A stretch of 64,000 bases of DNA. Origin: Myxococcales bacterium. GTDB taxonomy: Bacteria > Myxococcota_A > Polyangia > Fen-1088. The notes below the pieces were generated by a model, which was not told the DNA's origin, ran no database searches, and worked only from the letters and a program-made list of their open reading frames with translations. The translations under genes were made by a program, and so were the position numbers. Location of the stretch: positions 19,574 to 83,573 of the forward strand of contig JANXXE010000218.1 in assembly GCA_025350815.1 (NCBI GenBank), read 5' to 3'. Below, piece after piece: positions 1-8,695 of this stretch. Position 1 is the first letter of the stretch; every line of letters starts with the position of its first letter.

Positions 1-485
1 TTTTCCCGGTGCGCGAGCTGCTGGACGCCTTCCGCCGGTTTCAGCCCGAGATCCTTGCGGCCGCGACCGCGATCGACACCATCTTGCGCGCATCGCCCGA
101 CAAGCTGGCCACGGCCGAACAGGCCTACGCCGCAGGCCCCCACGTTTCCGTTGACCACGCCATCATGGAGCCAGCCGCGGCGGCGAACCTATGCGCGGTC
201 ATCCCGGTCGATCTCAAGCGCATCGACGCGGGAAATCTGGATTCACTGGGCGCGCTGTTCCCGGCGGACGCCCAGGGCAACACCGCTTCGGGCCCGGCGC
301 TATTCCTGGATTCACAAGGCTGTTTCTCGACGACCAAGGGCCCCCTCGTGGCCGTTCTGGGACTGCAAAACGTGGTGGTGACGGTGGAGAATGACGTGGT
401 GCTGGTCTGCCACCGCGACCGCGCCGGGGACGTGCGTCCCGTCCTGGCCGCCCTCAAGACACGTTCGCGCGGGGATTTGCTGTGA
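1..485 (+). CDS. mannose-1-phosphate guanylyltransferase, short type (5'-truncated at window edge)
   Basis: Frame 3 is open from nt 3 to the stop at 483-485. The translation contains the SVDHAIMEP ... LDSLGALF ... VVLVCHRDRAGDVRPV stretch characteristic of the ManC/CpsB nucleotidyltransferase domain. It ends without a cupin (PMI) domain. Confidence 0.6.
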   Translation, partial: FPVRELLDAFRRFQPEILAAATAIDTILRASPDKLATAEQAYAAGPHVSVDHAIMEPAAAANLCAVIPVDLKRIDAGNLDSLGALFPADAQGNTASGPALFLDSQGCFSTTKGPLVAVLGLQNVVVTVENDVVLVCHRDRAGDVRPVLAALKTRSRGDLL

Positions 486-492
486 GTGTCGG

Positions 493-1188
493 GTGACGCC
501 CCCATCCCTCGCCTACACGCACGTCGTGTTCGACTTTGACGGAACCTTGGTCGATTCGCTGCGCACAAAGGTGTCGAACGCGGGCGAGTTATTCGCCGAA
601 CGCTACGGCGCCGACCGGGACCTGGTGGCGCGGCGCTATTACTTTCATTCCGGGATTGCACGAAGGCTGCTGTTCGAACGCATCGCCGAGGATGTCCTTG
701 CGCGCGGCTTGACCGAGACCGAATACCAGGATCTGGATCAGGTGTTTACACGTCTGAATCTGGAACGGGCCGGCGCCGCGCCGCCCTGGCCCGCGGTTCC
801 TGCGGTGCTTGCACAGCTGGCTGCGTCGGGGGTCACGATGGCGGTGTCGAGTTCAGCGCCCGAGCATGACCTGGCACCGCGCGTGCGGGCCTCAGGCCTC
901 GGGGACTTTTTCGGCCCTGTCCTTGCCTCGCGCGATGGGTTTCGCAAGGGGCCTGATCATGTCGCGTCGCTGGAAAAGCTGTGGAAAGTCGAACGCGGAC
1001 ACTTTCTCAGCGTCGGTGACGAACTGGCTGACGCGCGGCTTGCGGCTGCGGCGCGTGTTGATTGCGCGCTGGTCAGCCACACCATCACGCCCGCCGAGGC
1101 CGCCACTGGACCGTCGGAGGCGCGACCCCGCTTCATCTTGACGACCTTCGATGAACTGCTGACAATCGTCGGTTCACAAAACCCATGA
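493..1188 (+). CDS. HAD-superfamily hydrolase/phosphatase
   Basis: GTG start at 493 sits just after the upstream stop. The N-terminal VVFDFDGTLVDS (DxDGT) motif and a downstream SVGD...D motif place it in the HAD superfamily. The 391 ATG listed in the ORF track overlaps the upstream gene and is unlikely to be the start. Confidence 0.7.
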   Translation: MTPPSLAYTHVVFDFDGTLVDSLRTKVSNAGELFAERYGADRDLVARRYYFHSGIARRLLFERIAEDVLARGLTETEYQDLDQVFTRLNLERAGAAPPWPAVPAVLAQLAASGVTMAVSSSAPEHDLAPRVRASGLGDFFGPVLASRDGFRKGPDHVASLEKLWKVERGHFLSVGDELADARLAAAARVDCALVSHTITPAEAATGPSEARPRFILTTFDELLTIVGSQNP

Positions 1189-2633
1189 CCGCCACCACCG
1201 ACAGACCGATCGTCATCGCCGCGGGAACCGGTTTCGTGGTGCGGAACTACCTGCTTGGCAAGTGCCTGACCAAGCTGCAGGAACGGCACCCCGTCGTGGC
1301 GCTGTCACCCATGGCGGACAATCCCGGATTTCGCCAGGTCATGAACGAACGTGGCGTGCGCGTCGAGCCCCTGCCCGCGCCGCACGTCCACAAGTCCTGG
1401 GGCCGCGTCCGGCGCTGGCGCGGCCGCTTGCACGCGGGCTGGGTGGACAACGAAACCTGGGCATTGAAGTATTCCGCCGAAAAATATCTGGCTGCGAAAC
1501 CTGACTACAGCCCCACGCGCTTCGAAGCGTTCTACCGCGATCTGGCGCAGTGGACGGCCGCGCGCCTCGCCAGCCCGCGGACGTTGACGCTGATCGATCG
1601 CGCGGAGGATCACTATGCGCTGCAGACCGCGGACGCCGCGCAGTACCGCAAGCTGTTCGGCACCCTGCGCCCCAAGCTGGTGTTTTCACCCGCGCCGCTC
1701 ATTTCCGAGGAATGGCTGCCTATACAGGTCGCGCGGGAAATGGGCATCCCGACGGTGCTGTCCGTCTTGTCGTGGGACAATCTGTCCAGCAAGGGCCGCA
1801 TGCCCCTGCCTTGCTCGGCTTTTCTGGTCTGGAGCGAACACATGCGCCAGGAACTTCTTGCGTACTACCCCGATGTGCGCGCGGACCAGATCACGATCAC
1901 TGGCCCGCCGCAGTTCGATTTCTATTTCGATTCCGCCTTCCAGCAGACGCGCGCCGCCTTCTTCGCCTCACTGGGGCTGGATCCCGGGCGACCACTCATC
2001 GTCTACGCCGGGGTGACGCCCGGCCTGATGCCCGACGAGCCCCGGGTCGTCGAGGGCTTGCTGGCGGCCATCCGCAGCGGGGCTGTACCGGGGAACCCGC
2101 AGCTGCACCTGCGTTTGCACCCGAAGGACGGTGGCGAGCGGTATCAGGAGCTGCGTTCACGCTGGCCGGAGGTGACCTTCACCATTCCGGGACAAAGAAG
2201 CGGCGGCCAGCTGAAGAACTGGGCACCCGACAACGAAGATCTGCGGCTACTCGTGAACACCGTTCGTCACGGCGACGTTCATATCAACGTGGCGTCCACC
2301 ATGACCGTCGATGCGGCGATCATGGGGCGACCCGTGGTCAACGTGCGCTTCGACTTTCGTCCCCCGACAGCGCCGCGATCCTGGGGACTGTGTATTTACG
2401 ATCAAACCCACTACCGCCCGTTGCTCAAGACGAACGGCATGCGCGTTGCCGAAAGCCCCGAAGAACTGGTCCAACACGTGCGCACCTATTTGCAAAACCC
2501 GACGCTGGATGAGGCCGGCCGCCGCAAGATTGTCGAGCTGGTCTGCGGCAAGGTAGACGGCCACTCAGGCGAGCGAGTGGCCACAAGACTCGACGAGCTG
2601 TGCGGTGCGAGCCCCGCGCCGGGCCGGTCGTGA
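1185..2633 (+). CDS. GT-B-like polysaccharide biosynthesis protein, paralog A (family uncertain; TagF/Capsule_synth-like motifs)
   Basis: 482-aa ORF with ATGA overlap onto the HAD stop. Motifs SWDNLSSKG, GVTPGL, LRLHPKD and HGDVHINVASTM are all shared with the next gene. The protein looks soluble and Rossmann-like. The coding call is strong; the function call is weak. Confidence 0.5.
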   Translation: MTATTDRPIVIAAGTGFVVRNYLLGKCLTKLQERHPVVALSPMADNPGFRQVMNERGVRVEPLPAPHVHKSWGRVRRWRGRLHAGWVDNETWALKYSAEKYLAAKPDYSPTRFEAFYRDLAQWTAARLASPRTLTLIDRAEDHYALQTADAAQYRKLFGTLRPKLVFSPAPLISEEWLPIQVAREMGIPTVLSVLSWDNLSSKGRMPLPCSAFLVWSEHMRQELLAYYPDVRADQITITGPPQFDFYFDSAFQQTRAAFFASLGLDPGRPLIVYAGVTPGLMPDEPRVVEGLLAAIRSGAVPGNPQLHLRLHPKDGGERYQELRSRWPEVTFTIPGQRSGGQLKNWAPDNEDLRLLVNTVRHGDVHINVASTMTVDAAIMGRPVVNVRFDFRPPTAPRSWGLCIYDQTHYRPLLKTNGMRVAESPEELVQHVRTYLQNPTLDEAGRRKIVELVCGKVDGHSGERVATRLDELCGASPAPGRS

Positions 2634-4045
2634 CGGACAGAGTTCGACCGGGCGACAGAAGACCCCGGGTCGTGATGCTGGGCGCCGCCGGTTGGTCGGT
2701 GCGGAACTACCTTGCCAATCCTGGCTTCCAGGCTTTCTTGCGCGACAACGATGTAACGTTTTGGTCCCCCGCGTGGCAGGAACTGGCCAAACTGGACGCG
2801 TTCAAGGGGCGCGCGTCCTTTGCCCCCCTGTCCGTGTGGCAGCCGCAGGGCTGGCGCCGCCGGGGCCTGTCGTTCGTGCATGCCTATTACGGGTACAAGC
2901 AACAGAGTCGGAATCTGCTGCAGAAGCTTGAGATCTCTGCGGTGTCGGCCCGCCGAGCGGGCCTGTTGAAGGGGCTGTACGCGCGCGGCGTGCACCGCGG
3001 CGCCTGGCTTGGCAGCCAGGTTCTTCCGGTCTCAACGGTGGAAGCGGTCGAGAGGTTTCTGGCGGCCCACGCGCCCGGCCTGGTCGCCGAGTACGAGTCG
3101 CGTCTGCGGGCCAGCCAGCCCGACCTGATGTTTTCGACTACCCCGCAGGCCAATCACATGGAATGGCCGGCCGCCCTCGCCGCCAGACGCCTTGGGATCC
3201 CCGTCGTCGCCCAGATCTCATCCTGGGACAATCTCAGCTCGAAGGGGCACTTCGCCATCGAGTACCAGCGCTACCTCGCCTGGTCGGACGTGATGGTGCG
3301 TGACCTAATGCGGGATTTCGCAGTCGCCCGCGAGGACATCCAGGTCACGGGGGCACCGGGTTTTGATTTCTATTTCCAGCCGGAATTTCAGGAAAGCCGT
3401 GAGGCTTTTGCCGCGCGCCAGGGACTGGACCCCGCCCGGCCGATCATTCTTTACGCCGCCGTGACGCCCGGTCTGTTTCCGAACGAGCCGCACATGGTGG
3501 CCTTGCTACTGGACGCGATCCGAGCCGGCGACCTGCCCCGCGAGGCCCAGGTCCTGCTGCGCCTTCACCCCAAGGATCCCGGGACGCGCTGGCAGTCCCT
3601 TGACGGCCGTTACCCCGAGCTTCGCGCCTGCGTGCCCAACACCGCCGGCGATCTGCGCCAGTGGATTCCGGACGAAAGCATCATCCGCGACCAGGTGTCG
3701 TGCGTTCGGCACGGCGACGTGCATGTGAATGCCGCATCGACCATGATCATCGACGCCTCGATTCTCGACAGACCGGTGGTCAGCGTGGCGTTCGATGCCG
3801 TCGAACCCACCTTCTCGAAATACATTCGGGGCTATTACGACTACCCGCACCTGGTTCCGGTGGTCAGGGCGGGTGCCTCTCGTCTCGTGTCGACGGGGCC
3901 TGAGCTCATCGGCGAAATCGACAACTATCTACGCGATCCATCGCGTGATCGCGCGGGACGGAGGGCGATCGTCACCATGCAGACAGGGGATTGCGACGGC
4001 CAGGCGGCCGCGCGCGTCGCTGCGGCGCTGACGTCGATGCTATGA
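2600..4045 (+). CDS. GT-B-like polysaccharide biosynthesis protein, paralog B (tandem duplicate of 1185..2633)
   Basis: It has the same motif set (VRNYL, SWDNLSSKG, GVTPGLFPNEP, LRLHPKDPG, HGDVHVNAASTM) and matches the upstream gene along its whole length. The true start may be the GTG at 2630, giving a GTGA overlap, rather than the ATG at 2600. Confidence 0.5.
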   Translation: MRCEPRAGPVVTDRVRPGDRRPRVVMLGAAGWSVRNYLANPGFQAFLRDNDVTFWSPAWQELAKLDAFKGRASFAPLSVWQPQGWRRRGLSFVHAYYGYKQQSRNLLQKLEISAVSARRAGLLKGLYARGVHRGAWLGSQVLPVSTVEAVERFLAAHAPGLVAEYESRLRASQPDLMFSTTPQANHMEWPAALAARRLGIPVVAQISSWDNLSSKGHFAIEYQRYLAWSDVMVRDLMRDFAVAREDIQVTGAPGFDFYFQPEFQESREAFAARQGLDPARPIILYAAVTPGLFPNEPHMVALLLDAIRAGDLPREAQVLLRLHPKDPGTRWQSLDGRYPELRACVPNTAGDLRQWIPDESIIRDQVSCVRHGDVHVNAASTMIIDASILDRPVVSVAFDAVEPTFSKYIRGYYDYPHLVPVVRAGASRLVSTGPELIGEIDNYLRDPSRDRAGRRAIVTMQTGDCDGQAAARVAAALTSML

Positions 4046-4047
4046 AG

Positions 4048-5487
4048 TTACCTGACCGGAAGGTGCCGACGCCCCACGGACAGCGCCAGCCGGTCAGCGG
4101 GACTGGCCGGGCTCGGGGCCTTCTTGGGCGCAGCACCTGACAGCCCCCTTTGGGCCGCAACGAATCCCGCCAGCCCGATGCCGAACCACTGAATGTACGT
4201 GAATGCGACCGCGACCTGTGCCGCGGCCACCGATGCGAGGGTCAGGCCCAGCGCCAACCTGCCGAGGGGCCCCTGCTCGCGGCGAACCTGCCAAGCTCTC
4301 CTGATCGCGGCTATCAGGAAATACGCGAAGGCGAAGGCGGCGATAAAACCACCTTCGGCGGCGGTGCGCAGAAGCACGTTGTGGGCGCCCATTGCCTTTC
4401 CGCGCCATTTTGTGCCTAGATTTGCCTTCTCTGCAAAATTGTCAAACTCGGTGGCATAGGCACCCGCGCCGACACCCGTCATCGGCCTGTCGGTGACCAT
4501 GGCCCAAGCCACCTTCCACAAATCCAGCCGGCCCGTGAAGGCCGCGTCGGGGTCGTCTGCCACGCCGACTGTCCGCTCGATACCCCTTTCGATGTCGGCG
4601 TCGCTTAGGCCCTTGGCGCTGTAGAGTATTGCGGCGATGAAGGCCCCGGCAATTGCCAGCCTGACGAGGATTTGCTTCCCGCCTCCGCCGACGGCCATAC
4701 AAAGAACCACGATCAGCAGGGCCACGACGCTGCCGCGACAGACAGTCATGGTCGTTCCGATAGACAGCGCGACCGCAGAGCCTAGGTAAAGGAATCGCGG
4801 CCGCCCACGCGACGTGAGGCCCAGATACAGTGCCACCCCAGCCGGAACGGCGATGTGTATCGACGTATCGCCCCCAGCGAGCGTGGACTTCATGTTGCCC
4901 AGTCGCCCCGCATAGGACTCGGGAAGCAGCGCAACCAGGCAGGCCAACATGGCCATGCCACCCATCACCATTGCAGACAGGCCACGCCGCAGGGACGGCA
5001 GGTCGCGGAACAGGCACACTGGGCCCAGGTACGCCACCACGAGGCCCAGCATCGCGACGCTCGATGTGAAGCCCTCCCAGCGGTCAATTGACCACGTGAC
5101 ACTGACCATCATCCAAGCTGTCAGACCGAGAATCACTGCGACGGTCGAGTCCATCTTGCGCAACTGGGTGCGCAACCTGCCCATGTTGGTCAGCATTAGC
5201 AGCGCCACACCGTAAAAGAATGCGAGATATCTGGTGCTGCCCCACACGCGGATGAGAGGATCAATGGGAAGGGCCAGGAACAAGATGGCCTTGGCGCCTT
5301 CAGAATTGCGCGACAGAAGGTTCGCGAAGAAGACCAGATAGAGCGCCGCGGTCGCCCCCAATCCCACGTTGCTCCGCGACAGCCCGACCCCCTGTAAGAC
5401 CACGGCGGTGCCAAGAATCAGCAGAAAGGCCACCAACGCGCTGACCGGCGGTGTCTCGCTGGTGGCCGCGGGGCCAGCTTTTGCCAT
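4048..5487 (-). CDS. O-antigen ligase / Wzy-type polymerase family membrane protein
   Basis: About ten hydrophobic segments with a periplasmic loop. The Wzy_C-like signature ...GAHNVLLRTAAEGGFIAAFAF... is present. Confidence 0.65.
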   Translation of the reverse strand: MAKAGPAATSETPPVSALVAFLLILGTAVVLQGVGLSRSNVGLGATAALYLVFFANLLSRNSEGAKAILFLALPIDPLIRVWGSTRYLAFFYGVALLMLTNMGRLRTQLRKMDSTVAVILGLTAWMMVSVTWSIDRWEGFTSSVAMLGLVVAYLGPVCLFRDLPSLRRGLSAMVMGGMAMLACLVALLPESYAGRLGNMKSTLAGGDTSIHIAVPAGVALYLGLTSRGRPRFLYLGSAVALSIGTTMTVCRGSVVALLIVVLCMAVGGGGKQILVRLAIAGAFIAAILYSAKGLSDADIERGIERTVGVADDPDAAFTGRLDLWKVAWAMVTDRPMTGVGAGAYATEFDNFAEKANLGTKWRGKAMGAHNVLLRTAAEGGFIAAFAFAYFLIAAIRRAWQVRREQGPLGRLALGLTLASVAAAQVAVAFTYIQWFGIGLAGFVAAQRGLSGAAPKKAPSPASPADRLALSVGRRHLPVR

Positions 5488-6249
5488 TTAGGCCAATGCC
5501 CCCCGGCAAAGAACCATCAGTCCGCATCCGCCAACAGTATGGGCGGCAGCGTCGGGCGAAAGGAGAAACGCGCGGCGCCGCAGCTTGTCCACGACGCGCC
5601 CACGAGCGGTCGTCGACGGCCTCCTCCCCTCGGCCGACGAGGAGGTGTATTCCCACCCCAGGATCTCGAGGCCACAACCCCGGAGTAGGCGAAGCGCGGA
5701 CCAGCGGTGGTAGAAGTGCAGGTGCCCCACTTCTACGCGTTGCTGTTCCCGAAGGCCACGAAGCCGGGCCCAGACGCTTTCCTCCACGGGAATATGAAGG
5801 GCGATGAAGCGCGCCTTTTTGACGGCTTCGCGCAAAAAATCGTCGGGACGGACCAGGTGCTCGATCACGTCAAATAGCATCAACAGATCCGCCGCCGGGG
5901 CATCGACCAAAGTCCCCTGTATGACCCGCAACGAAGGGAACAGTCGCCCCGCAACTTCAACAGCGTCCCCAGCGGGATCTACACCCACCGCGTCCACGAT
6001 CAGGCCATGGCCAGCCAGGATCCGGATCGCTGCACTCAGAGCGGCGCCGCTGCCACAGCCGAGATCTACCAGACGGATCGCTGACGATGACCGTCCGAGA
6101 CACGCCAGAATCGTCCGCTCGTGTTCGAGAGCAACCCCGAGCTTTTCCGCTTTCCAGGGACCATCCTCTGCGTGCCAGGTCCCTCCCGTGTTGTCGAGAT
6201 AGGTCCCGTCGACGTATCCCTGCGGCAGGCAGTCGTCCACCGGCGGCAT
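5488..6249 (-). CDS. class I SAM-dependent methyltransferase
   Basis: Motif I VDLGCGSG and a DVIEH motif are present. The gene abuts the Wzy gene. Confidence 0.65.
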   Translation of the reverse strand: MPPVDDCLPQGYVDGTYLDNTGGTWHAEDGPWKAEKLGVALEHERTILACLGRSSSAIRLVDLGCGSGAALSAAIRILAGHGLIVDAVGVDPAGDAVEVAGRLFPSLRVIQGTLVDAPAADLLMLFDVIEHLVRPDDFLREAVKKARFIALHIPVEESVWARLRGLREQQRVEVGHLHFYHRWSALRLLRGCGLEILGWEYTSSSAEGRRPSTTARGRVVDKLRRRAFLLSPDAAAHTVGGCGLMVLCRGALA

Positions 6250-6259
6250 TGTGCCATCG

Positions 6260-8641
6260 TCAGGGTTTCCGCGCCAGCGACTGAAGTTGTTTCCGGGCCC
6301 TTACGACAAGGTCCGGCCGGCCGACCTCTTCTGCGTACTGGGCCAGGGCCTCGAGCGGTGACGGCCACCGGGGGTCAAGGTCGCTCGCTGTCTGAAATGC
6401 CAGAAGTGCGGCCGCGGTCTCCCCCATACCCTTCCAGATCCATGCCGCGCTAAGCTGGACCTGCGCCGCCTGCTCGGCCGTGGCCACGAGCCGCGCCCGT
6501 TCCAGGGCCTCTCGGGTTGTCTTTCTGTCTCGGGCGCCGCCAGCAGCCTGGGCGAGACCCAACCAATATCGGAGCTCGCCGGGCTTGGCGTCGGTCGCCT
6601 TGCCGATCTCCGTAACGGCGTCCTTGAAGCGCTGTTCACCAAGCGCCACACGCCCCCGCAGGAAGGCCGCTTCCGTCGGATTCACGGCGCCGAGCTCGTC
6701 CGCGACGCTTGCCAGGTCGTGCAGGTTCCCGGTGGCCTGGGCTCGCTGGGACAGGCGCATCAACGCCCTTTCGTTGCGCGGTTGCACTTCGAGCAACGCC
6801 CGATCGGCATCGTCCGCCAGGGAGCGCTTGCCCATCACGTCGAGGACCCGAACCAGCGCCTCCAGGCGTTCCCCCGGGTGGTCCGTCCCCACCGTCAGCC
6901 GGCTAAGTAGGTCGATGCGCGGATAAGAACGGACTATTTCTTGGATAATTTCATCCGGCTGCTCGGCGATTGTCGGCGCGCAGTCAAGCGCCAGCCGATA
7001 CTCGACCAGTGCCTGCTGGTGGTGTCCGGTCGCCCGGAACCACCGCGCGGTAAGCCGATGCGCTTCGAAGGAACGGGGATACAGGGTCAGGACGCGATTG
7101 ATCCAAGGTAAGGGTCGCCCGAGGGGCCGGTCACCGGCCATCAGACCGGCTTCCCGTTCGGCCGCCAGCAAGGGCAAAAAGTAGTCCGACGGATGATCCC
7201 GCAGTACCTGCTGCATCGTGCTGGTGATCCGATCGGGATCGTCCGAGCCCAGGGCCTGGCGCACATGCGCCTCCGCGGAAGGCATCTGTCTGCCCACGCC
7301 CAGGGCGAATCCAACCACGCCGATGGCCACAGACACCGCAATTAGGGCGCGCGGCATGCGGACGCCCGCGCTGGCATCACGCCGCGCGCGAGTGGCGAGG
7401 AGAGCGAGGGCGGGGATCGCGACACCTAGCACTTCGAGATTGAAGTCGAACAGGTTATGGAGAAACAGTGCCAGCATCCCACTGGCAACCGCCCAGTCGA
7501 TGGCACTGCCACGGCGAGCGAACAGGGCGCGCAGGCCATAAAGCCACCCGAGGACGAACAAGCCACCGACGATGAGACCGTAGTCCAGGACCAGCTGTAG
7601 CGGAACGTTCTCGGCATGCGTGAACGTGCGCATCATGGCCAGACGCTGATAGCGGGTATAGGCGAAGGGGAACGCCCCGCGGCCCCCGCCCACCAACGGA
7701 AAATCCGCCACGAACTGCCCCGCGGGACGCCAGATGTCGACTTTCACGGTACTGCGATCCGCAAACTCGTCGATGAAGAACCCGTTCCAGAAAATCCCCA
7801 TCAACAGCAAGGTCCCGATCAGCGCGAAGGGAACGACACTGGGGGCAACCCTCTTGTCGAGCATGCGGACCGCAAGGGGCAGCACGATCGCCACGATCAC
7901 CGCCACGGTACCGGCACGCGATCGAGCCAGCAGCCCGGCGGTCAGAATCAAGACTGTGGCCGCCGCCCACAACGCCCGCATTCTGGCGTCTCGGCTCTCC
8001 AGCGTCAGGCCCACGGCGGCAGCGCCGGTCAGCGCGAGAAATCCCGCCTGGTGATTCCCGTTGATGAAAGGACCCGCGACCTGGGTCGCACCGTGGGTCG
8101 AAAACAGGCCGTACAGGGTGTCGCTGGCGCCCGCCGCCAGGTGAAAAAGACCGACCAACGCCACACAAACGCCGGCCGCCGCCACGATCTTCAGGACCCG
8201 CTGGCGCGAACGTGCCGCGACCAAGTCACGGGCATTCTGATAGGCAAGCAGGGCAATTGCCAGCTTGGCCGCCTCAAGCCATGTGGCGGGCTGGTCCAGG
8301 CTGATGCTCATCCAGTCTGATCGCTGGCCAACCCCCAGGGGGCGCAAGGCAGCGCTTTGTGTCTCCCATGACGCGGGACTAATCAGGCGAAGCAAGCCGG
8401 GCGGCAGTGGCAACGCCTGAAAAACGGTGAACAAGCAAAGCGCGAAAAGTGCGCCCGCCAGGAGATCGAGGCCCGCCCGTTCGGACCGAGGAACCAGGTA
8501 GCGAGAGCCTGCGGTCAGCATCACGACCAACCCAACCGCGGCAATCACGGGGATATGCACCGTCCCCGCGAGCAACGGCACGGCGATGATGGTGCCGCCG
8601 ATCAGGAAGTATCGAATGGTCGAAAACGGAAGCGACATCAC
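6260..8641 (-). CDS. O-antigen ligase (Wzy_C) domain fused to C-terminal TPR-repeat domain
   Basis: The N-terminal ~430 aa are polytopic with the FTHAENVPLQLVLDYGLIVGG Wzy_C motif. The C-terminal ~350 aa are TPR-like helical repeats. Confidence 0.65.
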   Translation of the reverse strand: MMSLPFSTIRYFLIGGTIIAVPLLAGTVHIPVIAAVGLVVMLTAGSRYLVPRSERAGLDLLAGALFALCLFTVFQALPLPPGLLRLISPASWETQSAALRPLGVGQRSDWMSISLDQPATWLEAAKLAIALLAYQNARDLVAARSRQRVLKIVAAAGVCVALVGLFHLAAGASDTLYGLFSTHGATQVAGPFINGNHQAGFLALTGAAAVGLTLESRDARMRALWAAATVLILTAGLLARSRAGTVAVIVAIVLPLAVRMLDKRVAPSVVPFALIGTLLLMGIFWNGFFIDEFADRSTVKVDIWRPAGQFVADFPLVGGGRGAFPFAYTRYQRLAMMRTFTHAENVPLQLVLDYGLIVGGLFVLGWLYGLRALFARRGSAIDWAVASGMLALFLHNLFDFNLEVLGVAIPALALLATRARRDASAGVRMPRALIAVSVAIGVVGFALGVGRQMPSAEAHVRQALGSDDPDRITSTMQQVLRDHPSDYFLPLLAAEREAGLMAGDRPLGRPLPWINRVLTLYPRSFEAHRLTARWFRATGHHQQALVEYRLALDCAPTIAEQPDEIIQEIVRSYPRIDLLSRLTVGTDHPGERLEALVRVLDVMGKRSLADDADRALLEVQPRNERALMRLSQRAQATGNLHDLASVADELGAVNPTEAAFLRGRVALGEQRFKDAVTEIGKATDAKPGELRYWLGLAQAAGGARDRKTTREALERARLVATAEQAAQVQLSAAWIWKGMGETAAALLAFQTASDLDPRWPSPLEALAQYAEEVGRPDLVVRARKQLQSLARKP

Positions 8642-8695
8642 CTGACCACGCGTGCACCAACCCCAGACGTTGCGGGCGCCGCACCCGCGCGATCG

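Noticed and set aside
7455-8320. 237-aa minus-strand and 234-aa plus-strand ORFs inside the Wzy-TPR gene
   Set aside because: Off-frame overlaps. No motifs.
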